In this document: positions 26,401 through 30,851 of the stretch, in pieces
Position numbering within the stretch: the first letter of the stretch is position 1
Layout: each line of letters begins with the position of its first letter
Virus record (IMG/VR): IMGVR_UViG_3300020180_000001
Origin: an uncultured virus (IMG/VR IMGVR_UViG_3300020180_000001)
Lineage: Duplodnaviria > Heunggongvirae > Uroviricota > Caudoviricetes
Strand: one strand, 5' to 3'
DNA: 33,396 nucleotides
Notes under the pieces: model-generated
Databases searched by the model: none
Told to the model about the DNA's origin: nothing
Seen by the model: the letters and a program-made list of their open reading frames with translations, nothing else
Made by a program: the position numbers and the translations under genes

Positions 26401-27323
26401 GAGAACTGATTAGCACGAGTAGCCAATGGGGCTTTAAGCATAGGAGACAGTAATTTCATAAACACTCCGTTAGTAACAGATCCTGTAATCATGTTTAACC
26501 AGAACGTGTTATTAAAACCTGTCTTTGCCCTGTCTTCAATTTCCTGGTCAGACAGACTTATTAGTCCGGCATTTCTTTTTTCCTTTAGGGAAGATATAAT
26601 AGTCTCCTTAGAATCTTTTGCTTCTAAGGCTGCTTCATTAGTAGTAAGTAATCCTAAGGAAGTATAGAAATCAATAGTGGCTGCTTTCGCAACATTATTC
26701 GCTTGAGACACCTCAGTTAAAGATCCGTAGATAGGACGTGCTTTAGCAAGACGTGCAGCCAGTTTGGTACCTATTCCTAATTGATTAACCAAACCTGCAC
26801 CAACAAAGGATTGGGCTAAGAAGGCTAAAGAATCTATATTCTGAGATATTAACTCGCCGGGGCGGGCAAGTTGTTGTACGAAATTTAAATCATTAAAATC
26901 AGATCCTTGAAATCTGGGTGTCAGTTTATCGACAGCATGATCTATATATTCCGCAACTTGATTAATAGGGTTCTTTTCAAAAGCATCAGACATTGAGCCT
27001 CCTCCAAGAACAACAAAAGGAGAAGCGGCTAAAGATGTCAGGGACCCCACCAAAGAAGGTATCCCGACTGCAAAAGTTTTGGCTCCTAACGCTGCTGCGT
27101 TGTTTCCTACATAGGCTATCCAATTTTGATTTTCGTATCTTTGGTCATTTTGATTTCGATATGGGTTAAGGGATTTGTCATAGTAACTTCCTGTAAGTCT
27201 GTTAAGGATAGTATCCTTTGATCCGAGAGTATCTATACCAACATCTGAGAAGTTATAATCAGGAGTAGTATTTGGGAACGCTGAATGGATAGACTTGAAC
27301 TTTGATGGGTCGACTTGTGGCAT
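11412..27323 (-). CDS. Giant 5303-aa protein containing a crAss-type two-barrel virion RNA polymerase, an SF1 helicase, a zincin and N-terminal membrane helices
   Basis: Catalytic GNDFDVD (DFDVD at 14877-14891) preceded by GFRIPT; beta-like motifs YGD..FK...KR, SDAQG, LKP, SAFKLG; downstream AIDNTKE; HEAFH at 18825-18839; Walker A SPAGAGKST at 23514-23540. Confidence 0.9.
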   Translation of the reverse strand: MPQVDPSKFKSIHSAFPNTTPDYNFSDVGIDTLGSKDTILNRLTGSYYDKSLNPYRNQNDQRYENQNWIAYVGNNAAALGAKTFAVGIPSLVGSLTSLAASPFVVLGGGSMSDAFEKNPINQVAEYIDHAVDKLTPRFQGSDFNDLNFVQQLARPGELISQNIDSLAFLAQSFVGAGLVNQLGIGTKLAARLAKARPIYGSLTEVSQANNVAKAATIDFYTSLGLLTTNEAALEAKDSKETIISSLKEKRNAGLISLSDQEIEDRAKTGFNNTFWLNMITGSVTNGVFMKLLSPMLKAPLATRANQFSLQLATDNTIQKKALSGIEDFFFDKGNTAGRVTTSILEQVLAEGTEETIQYSIQKAAYIDEKHRGFLDSGAKVLEDITTLEIYNLMDKERGKAFGLGALIGGIASAAANLIPSKEGVMGAVGQAREYRSKQSKAIETYNKRYTDLVDNGIAAKNPVVTTKLSVEGPPESPKFFKEGATKDEISQLDFKALTDKHNLPETGGNYTEGGDYKYDPDGNLMIDPIALSKLGIDASMQSELSDLIKQEQSKENPDKLKLTLYRNSLLAKLAVTAFESGTTDILFEQLGRLTSTPEAFAGGEEATKEIEYMNSFVKRLEAAYQTGENYFVPSSNSAEAVKDNQARRTAYYSKVNQLLTADDLIQRKSEEVNDIRTTIKDALDTPLAPYQRERRISALFNELSAPNLSDEVIADIKADLNRELSFKDLDDQVKNNKFRPYANAQLDLDFLIDSRAKLADEVTSILERKEWKARDPKAVDRSLIPSRMILTPDTSKEVYKAYRELLTRNLGQIARRKNALASVTSDLINELISKGGLDILSTVVQLTQFLERVLSNSLKLTADTVNLLKTYIYQVEITLNETAAYINEEFKKFKTSNLDITVDNYETTIDYDDYGDAELKQLGDLLKQVEYYKQLKAESSKLLEGNLRWDALKAELPAVDDFSVIDHLTVGAQKLVDTFNSNENLDNFNDITSIDFEINNITQLDRLDDKFDGKSMLADLNAFREIVYDNLTNKELRDVKDTDQIAMALQRVLPLTDVQTTALSTLDPITAIAVLLDLPNEQDDLLTKHIDVVYAMYSKMIGKYPNITKNVLTRADFEFLGTNPVKFFPYILNEFLNSYKRTTRTNPQAVDDFAKTLSVSTLLEAPDSFKEFTNKEIAEMYANVAAASLYVAHKNSPLTARLGLTRGLELLQQSKADKLAGKTPPFPPTISQQRLVQELVSLTSTNSFKDPDIFQNVIGIRSPAGAGKSTVIVPTALAILGLQPKNILAAGNKVLAAETIKEATGSPYPVHTAENLLETLQKGVPDDVTLFILDEAAAVNTKLLYNILGAFADLQTKNQDKNYKLWLVYDPNQSGNTTYGSSTLDQDAFTPIKDTIYVAALDKVKKGIGTPADIKIILTYQKGLLPGPTGVLPLIHNLTSVSPISVSYRSNVAEIGASMNQFLSSSEVTLVKSATSKSIDDLKDIEGVFTSKLSPNSAVTSISEKVRLSQKLNPGRTRVIITTNENKVSYAASFPDVTIATPQEVAGKSFDEVYIDLPKQANAFKYNQDMYTAYSRARLFIYSTSTAGINDVDVNIPIKTLLASKVFALEFDTHITTKKEQIADYDRFYHSGTARAADTTKVPKDNTPPADANTKVPKDNTPPADNTPPEITAVEEEAKKDQGIDQELNNLKSILEGMVEKEDQAIDQELVNLKSILEGKALEDKASEDKALEDIDVKTKLVETGDSIKKTLIEIDELSAELEEVVPEQLESLLQKIEYAFDELDSHPADNNVEITPAQDAAALKLLQQTEVIVLDLVKQLRTLRDLSKNKVRDTASVDIRVKEVLDDVVAIRIATEQADDEDSDLEDEFVEQVDSLEEYEDIVDDITINDKDLLLKHPNNFVFRTAILNVGDEVRIYKDVSAKGTRYIVTKLYGDKHIEVAVLSDEEVKSLPDFLQKITTLPSAALQKITDGDVHYYIIPPALEFATTYIGPSQRLQHIYDPNFTWDYTENGYGELVEIYINQLSELDNNYIVNKDEVLSNLSGVDSNQRPYVSLVLYSEAEIKKMNDPLIRPSVPYLRIQGLRTVSGEIKPLHIIHRPAIIQQGSYAAEKIGLQNIYEFIELTEAFEKMSFQHQELKNTIYAGMTMDTTIDMKLVDPQDQRNKYYPYAAFIAALSDAHLRYLNGEANPVIQVASKELNTMLRAKYPAAVLHDLKYLDVQRLAESANEIDSLLHGESLNEENIPVRKANGGRIRKYKGKAQKAFNRIAATNYLTTLPTGQLVILRDYPGYSQEGDKAVGVGMPLGGRPNFETELGSSLNPPLTQAAKSQLKAKYARLEANNKQESSMGLQLKSIIDAVESKYDAHLKPLSLAILKSLFIDSQDKDNKLSGVGNGFGLRMPLSFLAFKNVDKVTDEPKSPIADQVLMGFVETQFKRVIPTRISLTANPVAGETTVDVPTAVKTPMIKFYNEINSLKEINADLVKSIASKYGVEVDIPKIVSARQQDLYYATRSILIAALVRKNLKLPTLKEQLYNAIEMSNDAISYTKVKGVTEPAPRDYLRAVVLSMLFDSLTADELVKQAQKYWISKATKTDAKLVLDEVLILSFENMFTPDGELRLVGLEGTIMGIAEENNLTLKKAKTKLERVEAIVEVLRKLSKQEIIKSTEGKSLAEQLMVFKNQGENINQMDTEWYTKIAVKELVDRIADQELSGYYTATLEDEDSLPFFIHRLEELLFNPISRDLKRSSATELGDNLTPAEAKALYNRIVSPTLLDRLKSAFKRKSKPYFRIISTLEMQHSLGKNNWGLFKNGIVYVIEDKDGVKSKVVKHEAFHKVFWNYLTAIERLTLLDLARAKHGNKSTIELEEDLANGFMNYVAKPKSFSGKLYEMFRKILNFFGFVYNNIESIDAFFDELSSGMVSGKENNSFSLERNLAEKWPTVELYTRAKTLFLETFDNVYNGSQEILSFDEALEDTFDLLNNMFITRRIEFGRDEFELYKTAIAPILDRKSNTSKDFIAKYFKTVNNKDSKAVKIAALEDQLQELVESRTNEVDTDLDSAIESVNASIAEETFESDLFNPLDKITGRIKQRLVLTKYTSKGAVVQGDFFGIFNALLPILSDIPNSSLPEIFTIIKKRTMEKIGSPFPGIIPNNVRKAAAEFILNTIDSSELNIKNSSDAVTFYKDVNFPTMYAVYSSTESTRGITYSLARDNPLFQIFVKPENQRISEWVKTFPNYKKSYDYSFKSFEDLTFIKSIVSAIGSLTRGNPFVAVQQYKNFKYRTTYSPNNVAGKEAILENKIISSLLDRLITKVPIFTANNRVSFTAGEKDATPNRSVKAAIIKLALTNIKLPASFISDLGPSAVDNLFRQLSFLMPRLQNIQISYNENANYETLFNSINDEGSTISLIVDLMASSSSAVEVNNFIRADGRKAYLYKDSSYQTSLITYLLNKEGFFPHLTPKKKGFTTTSKLLETNKFLWQPIFSHIQHDGIKSAGTVSYAVGLTAEKPRHYFERTFKYGFLSRLKSSGKKSYYQFLPIPSSRTTISGLEVAVSYDLREEITTIIKAQMDRPPATEYPLNKNYAKNRNKFTFPGLSGDVSGLHVKDVVDKVYAHIEAMSLAAFEEAERMGIKYDATTIDTAVKLFEIVEKDYLSDSKFTAKLKELRRRKDPNNTDSEFELRDAKDIQEKGLKAVVRKLYYHFYENHIVNQYSLSQLIYGDEVFFKNKEDETKRIQSATGSGDIALADSQFGLSRDNPLHSQVLVIEDVVGTLPDYLKDYRPASFQDEFEESDAQGLATPAMYEAFSNALGAEASADVVLKPLIYYQSEKGEPKLIKFSITVISDEFLEGLRNLKDGEERIKLFSNLRSDLEQTNVGLAVFSSAFKLGSTSKPAVVSNDLINGGNGLLPENIVSIDPSFFRFQLNPAKEVDVDVSNPSQVTAMLNTNGKNETETTILHKLNAIQIRTGLLEYNIKAGLQDNLPTQNTKKKVRNLIVQKAESSPSTTHVNSLLRFKSPTGQRVSLNAPLVHQKIVSLLTSLASSMTVGFRIPGSKLVLQTEVGTYSAKTSRLQFKDKDGYTEVLLPESYRSLFSEGDVVGVKNSIVGFRIPTSNLHSAQSLIVKGFYKVPEGSLGNIIIAPAAMVYITGNDFDVDTLFLIRKAVLKEDVNLHPYGIKHIAKKGTSLGVDDKIITIGNYTLSEVINNRVKELLADINVLTFQSKGKNALLVGEKSAIISLLLEYSKEATNNAIVHTISKTLLDRKNRYDLNTPITLDRVKKTKGDTKNALISKFKSLIPYLKAAGVEEEFLTSASFIKEVEENGFGIVSEITENGRRIRARYDYVSSPLSIMETLASLSNPNKEGYWTLAEVEKELYPKGNLTDYLVQSKIHQNTYSGIKLTEITAATTKVLGYMYSGTPITKIKLNKITYDKGTLETVQLLALYGVSSLEALVDFDFNVEVLQRELPTLNENTRVKIDKHVYSTLSREELTKSGPVYEGYRKVNTFETLDTALNLAIDNTKEQKLPFLAITNENASLYLAAIAIGIPFTDVMLMFRELEGLSFQEEDIDLEMSRLDQLVTGDYLDVIGELDYSGSITSEIMDKAGTSKDKTITSKLVSLLLIKGSVSTQVLRNGSEKARVLNKIILLKEIKKLSSIGNALFRNSRPINLLKGISNEGWKLRSALEKYEESLVDETFTNVKLDKIPNIKAAVETSKAVYASLEEVIDIYKPKIVNLAKAVGRKVSISFSKDENENAHLISMEVLKMLSADLILNLGSDVIDLNVDANLSFTLPNGEIVYGSDAFGQQFVLKVIKAAALNPSNVFLNSLEVRTMSDSTKTLALTANKTNEEEIDLILIRDFASLYNSPETKELALGFLKYEVVNRGLLYGRTSISGVFPPAFIAGLTQKLDERLASLNALGSTTSIVNRFIPQFIRNNNAKLKFVSKDKDGAYPKPKQTSYYLNSQGTVVKTYADNKNGFHYDLAYPNVSSTYPTIIKTYGENTYKKIGSDTDFVYYRLFTTGKKSKYYDFRSEDLFSIYDASQAMQPELAVIQDYKYTNRSETEFVQETGVAVYDVNDIVYLLDNKNGAPLHMTKSKISSVRTLKSKIFYTIEKEEVINFNTPTAASAPIQIKSASDVASLIEYVSENNLLGLHSSNVQHKNLIRLDLTTTSSALAQIEALQKIVVSEDIFTELYQTAPESAIIIAQALYDKTGYRDYILDAESPLDVVKYRKDVRGELSSYQLDKKGPYVKGNFSMGDILQLGKNSKGAYVFGKITAIILDKNYIKVFGTNIFNKLTDDNFDDLYNQTC
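22121..22290. repeat. Intragenic tandem repeats: two 66-bp units and three 15-bp units
   Basis: TACCCTCGAGTATAGATTTCAGGTT at 22166 and 22232 (DQxIDQELxNLKSILEG twice); 15-bp period encoding KALED/KASED/KALED. Confidence 0.9.
22321..22407. repeat. Intragenic direct repeat with a 42-bp period
   Basis: GGTGTATTATCTTTTGGAACTTTAGTA is identical at 22339-22365 and 22381-22407, with a partial third copy at 22321; encodes TKVPKDNTPPAD. Confidence 0.9.
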
Positions 27324-29416
27324 TATTCTATAGGTGTGTTTTCTTCTTTATCTCCTGATCTTTTATTTACAGGAACGTTCATTCGTGGACGAATTAAAGG
27401 CTCTATGTTAGCAGGACTCCATTCGTAGGGTTCACCAAACTCATTTAGAGATGTAAAGTAATCGATGTTATCTGTATCAATTGTTGTGGTGGTTAGATCT
27501 TTTCCTAAAGGATCTAAGTAAGGAGATCTTGGGGTAGTAGTTGTAGTTGTACCACCAAAAGGGCTTTTCATCGCTACCTTTGGGGTTCCGTCACTATTCT
27601 TGCCTCTGTATGGAGCATATCTAACCTTAGGTGTTAAGTTTCCTGTTTCAGGATTGATAATGTAATCTTTAATACCTATTACCTGTATTCTTGAATTCCC
27701 GTCAAATACTTCAAACGGTTCTGAATATTTCTCATCAGCGGCTATAAAACCAAACGCTTTCTTACGAGTACTGTTATTGTACTGGTTCATACGTTCATTA
27801 TTATCTCCCATAATATAATAACCATTCTCACCTGGAATGGACATTACAGAACCTACTATAGTACTTCCTGTTTGAGAAGATGATTTTCCTAAAACTGATA
27901 CGTTTGCTTTACGGGTTTTAGCATCATAATGAAGAGAGTACAACTCTCGTTGCTTTGCAGCAGATACATCACTAACCTGACCTGTGTTAGAATCTACAAA
28001 CTGTACAGAGAGTTGTCCTGTGGCCATCTTAGGGAAGTTTACATCAGCATCCCTTTTCATTGCTTCAGGGGTCTCATAAGCATGATAATATATCCCTACT
28101 CCGTAATCATCTTTTTGAAGTCCGGTATTATACAGTTCCCATTTCTGAGAAGCAGTTTTGTCAGGGTAATTCTTTACTACTGCCTGAAGCAGGGTAGTAT
28201 TAACTTTTCCTTTATACTTAGCAGGGGAACTAAGAATATCAGCAATATCTACTTTTTTGATACCACTTACGTTACGTTGCATCAATGTAATATTCGCAGG
28301 TGCCCACGGCGAGTAGTCAAAGGTCTTACCAACGGGGAATTCGATCTCCTGACGAGTAGGGTCTACTAAAGGGTATTGACCAGTAGCATTTTGTCCTAAA
28401 GTAAGAAGACTTAGATTATCTGAATCTGTACCAGCGTCTTGGTTCTCTTTCTGTTTACCTCTTAACATTGCTTTGTGATCTTCCAATGCCATTCTTCCTT
28501 TCTGTTTCATAAGTTCCATTGAAACATCATTCTGAAATCCCTTATTAAAGGCATACATAGGATCCATCAACAATTTAATTTCATTAGTATCATTGAAGTT
28601 TCCAGAATAAGAAGGTACTAAGGCATCCACTTCTTTTTGTAAAGTAGTAGTAATGTAATCTAATCTATCCGCACCTTGCAGTCCCATTAATTCAGCATTC
28701 TGATTTAACAATGATAAATACTTAGGGTCTGAAACAAGCCTTGATGTAGCCGACTGGCGTAACTCAGCAGGGTCTACAATTTCAGTTTCTTTAGTAGTGT
28801 ATATTAATCCTCCTTTACCATCAGAAGTAGGGATAATAGATTTGGTCTTTCTTCTCGGCATTCCCTGCGCAAGTTTTGTAAGTTCTATAGAAGGATCTAC
28901 AAAGGATGCCAGATCAGGAACATTAATTAAATCATATTCACCTGTGTCGGAATCTGCAGCCCCTACTCCTTTGTAGTTAGTATTCACAAACTGATTCAAC
29001 AAGCGCAATTGATTTTGAGTAATATCTCCTTTTGCTAATCTTTCCTTATTAACTTTAGCAGCCTCCCGATAGATATTATAATTCTGCCTGATAGCGTATC
29101 CTTTACCACCAGGGGAGAGTTCTTTCTTCATCTTTTGCGTAAGATCTAAAACACCTCTCGTGATAGTAGAGTAATCAGTACCACTGTTTGAAACGAGAGA
29201 ATCTATTTCTGATTCCCATTGATTCTGAAGTTTATTTGCTTGTGCTCTGTCTTGTGGTAACGCATCTATATATTGGTTGCGAAGATTATTTACCATCAAG
29301 TGGTTTTCGTCAGAGTTTTGTTGGGCATTTGCTAACGAACGTTCAAAAGCCTGGAGGGGTGGCATTGAAAATTGAAATGTAGCCGGGGCTTGATTTCTGT
29401 AATATCTATTAACCAT
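27323..29416 (-). CDS. Putative virion cargo/ejection protein (697 aa)
   Basis: Lies between the tail and RNAP genes with coupled overlaps; N/Q-rich helical N-terminus MVNRYY...; no cysteine. Confidence 0.65.
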   Translation of the reverse strand: MVNRYYRNQAPATFQFSMPPLQAFERSLANAQQNSDENHLMVNNLRNQYIDALPQDRAQANKLQNQWESEIDSLVSNSGTDYSTITRGVLDLTQKMKKELSPGGKGYAIRQNYNIYREAAKVNKERLAKGDITQNQLRLLNQFVNTNYKGVGAADSDTGEYDLINVPDLASFVDPSIELTKLAQGMPRRKTKSIIPTSDGKGGLIYTTKETEIVDPAELRQSATSRLVSDPKYLSLLNQNAELMGLQGADRLDYITTTLQKEVDALVPSYSGNFNDTNEIKLLMDPMYAFNKGFQNDVSMELMKQKGRMALEDHKAMLRGKQKENQDAGTDSDNLSLLTLGQNATGQYPLVDPTRQEIEFPVGKTFDYSPWAPANITLMQRNVSGIKKVDIADILSSPAKYKGKVNTTLLQAVVKNYPDKTASQKWELYNTGLQKDDYGVGIYYHAYETPEAMKRDADVNFPKMATGQLSVQFVDSNTGQVSDVSAAKQRELYSLHYDAKTRKANVSVLGKSSSQTGSTIVGSVMSIPGENGYYIMGDNNERMNQYNNSTRKKAFGFIAADEKYSEPFEVFDGNSRIQVIGIKDYIINPETGNLTPKVRYAPYRGKNSDGTPKVAMKSPFGGTTTTTTPRSPYLDPLGKDLTTTTIDTDNIDYFTSLNEFGEPYEWSPANIEPLIRPRMNVPVNKRSGDKEENTPIE

Positions 29417-30851
29417 TCATAAGGGTTTTTAATACTCTGTTATAAACATCTTCATACTGCACCTGATACAACCGCATCATCTCAGCAGACTGTTGTTTTT
29501 GATTTAATCCTTTACCTACATTAGAAACGGAACTAAGAGTGTTCTGGAGTCTTGCATCTAAAGCCCCCCTATTCGCAGCATTAATGTTATCTGTGGATAC
29601 CCGTTGTTGATTATTATACCTGGCCTGATCAGTTACTCTGCGTTCAAAACTAGTTTTGCTTTGATTATTCAAGCCTTGGTACTGAGTCATCACCTGATTG
29701 TCTTGTGCAAGTTTAGTAGCAAGCATACTATTAGATGCAGCACGGACTGCAGAGGCAGGACCACTTAAAGAATTACGAGCAGTACTTAGATTTCTGGCAT
29801 TCGCTGTAAGAAGGGAAGAGGAATCAAAAGTTTCTCTACTAATATTAGTAGTGTCATATCGTGGAGTATCTACTTCAGCGCCTCCTCGAAGGGATGCAAT
29901 TCCTCCTATTATAGGTGCCATCTGTAGGTAATCCCCCATACTAAATTTAGAATCAAAAGAATCCAAACCTGATGGGGGCGTACTTCCCATAGTACTTCCC
30001 ATAGTACTTCCCATAGTACCAACACTGGCAGGCACATCTCGAGGAAGTGCGTTATACGTGGCAAAAGGATTACCGGACCCATCCATATTAGTTATGGCGT
30101 CTACGTCTTGTAATTCAGACAGATCATCGGGGGCACCTTCGGCATCCCTCAAAAAATCCATTGAATCCTTCAAAGTTCCCACAGATTTCCTGCCTATCGA
30201 AGAAGCAAAAGCAGCCTTTGTCAAAGGCCCGTAAACATTGTCTTCTTCCAGTAGGGGAGTAGTTAACTGATTCTCATAGATATAATCATTGTACCTTTTT
30301 TGAAAATCATATATAGGGCCGCCGTTCGCATACGCCCCGACAGAGGGAGCAATGCCCACAGCCTTCTTAACTCCTTCCTGCATAGCCGCTAAATTAGCCA
30401 GAGAGGCATCCACTAAGGATACACTCTGCTGTGCAATTTTATCATTTACTTTTTTACTTAGTAATGTTTTGGTACGAGTTAATTTAGAGGCTTCTTTTGC
30501 AAAACTCTTGCCGGTAAGAGGATTCATTATATCATCAGAATATACGAAGTCCTTCTCGGTATCTACTACTTCGGAATCATCGAGACGTATGTTAGTGCCT
30601 TTATAGTTAACGTTATGAGCATCCGTAGAATTAGTATTATTGGGCATCTCGAAAGACGAATCATGATTAGTAACATTCTTAATCTTACCACCCATCTTAT
30701 ACTTCGGAGTCGAAGATAACGGGTTTGGGTTCTTAGTTACATCATCAGGGATAAAGTTAGAGAGTAATCCTATTCCGGTAGAGATCATAGCACCTCCCGG
30801 AACAAAAGAAGCACCCGCTTGTATTAGTTTTAATAAGTCCTTGTTTATCAT
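29409..30851 (-). CDS. Putative virion cargo/ejection protein (480 aa) with GG motifs and a peptidoglycan-binding-like segment
   Basis: Gly/Ala hydrophobic N-terminus; YKMGGKI and YANGGPI; SEVV..FVYSD..KSFAKEA; LEEDNVYGPLTKAA; Q/N/A-rich coiled-coil C-terminus. Confidence 0.65.
   Translation of the reverse strand: MINKDLLKLIQAGASFVPGGAMISTGIGLLSNFIPDDVTKNPNPLSSTPKYKMGGKIKNVTNHDSSFEMPNNTNSTDAHNVNYKGTNIRLDDSEVVDTEKDFVYSDDIMNPLTGKSFAKEASKLTRTKTLLSKKVNDKIAQQSVSLVDASLANLAAMQEGVKKAVGIAPSVGAYANGGPIYDFQKRYNDYIYENQLTTPLLEEDNVYGPLTKAAFASSIGRKSVGTLKDSMDFLRDAEGAPDDLSELQDVDAITNMDGSGNPFATYNALPRDVPASVGTMGSTMGSTMGSTPPSGLDSFDSKFSMGDYLQMAPIIGGIASLRGGAEVDTPRYDTTNISRETFDSSSLLTANARNLSTARNSLSGPASAVRAASNSMLATKLAQDNQVMTQYQGLNNQSKTSFERRVTDQARYNNQQRVSTDNINAANRGALDARLQNTLSSVSNVGKGLNQKQQSAEMMRLYQVQYEDVYNRVLKTLMNG
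29980..30019. repeat. 12-bp tandem repeat, 3.3 copies
   Basis: GTACTTCCCATA x3 plus GTAC, encoding GTMGSTMGSTMGST. Confidence 0.9.

Noticed and set aside
11412..27323. Intein or self-splicing intron explaining the gene size
   Set aside because: No frame interruption, no recognisable intein termini or LAGLIDADG/HNH motifs, and no internal cysteine
8899..30606. Many + strand ORFs antisense to the large genes (e.g. 17839..18624) and short alternate-frame ORFs (22250..22459, 24431..24685)
   Set aside because: They lie wholly inside motif-bearing genes and have the Ser/Leu/Ile/Phe-rich composition of shadow frames, with no motifs of their own
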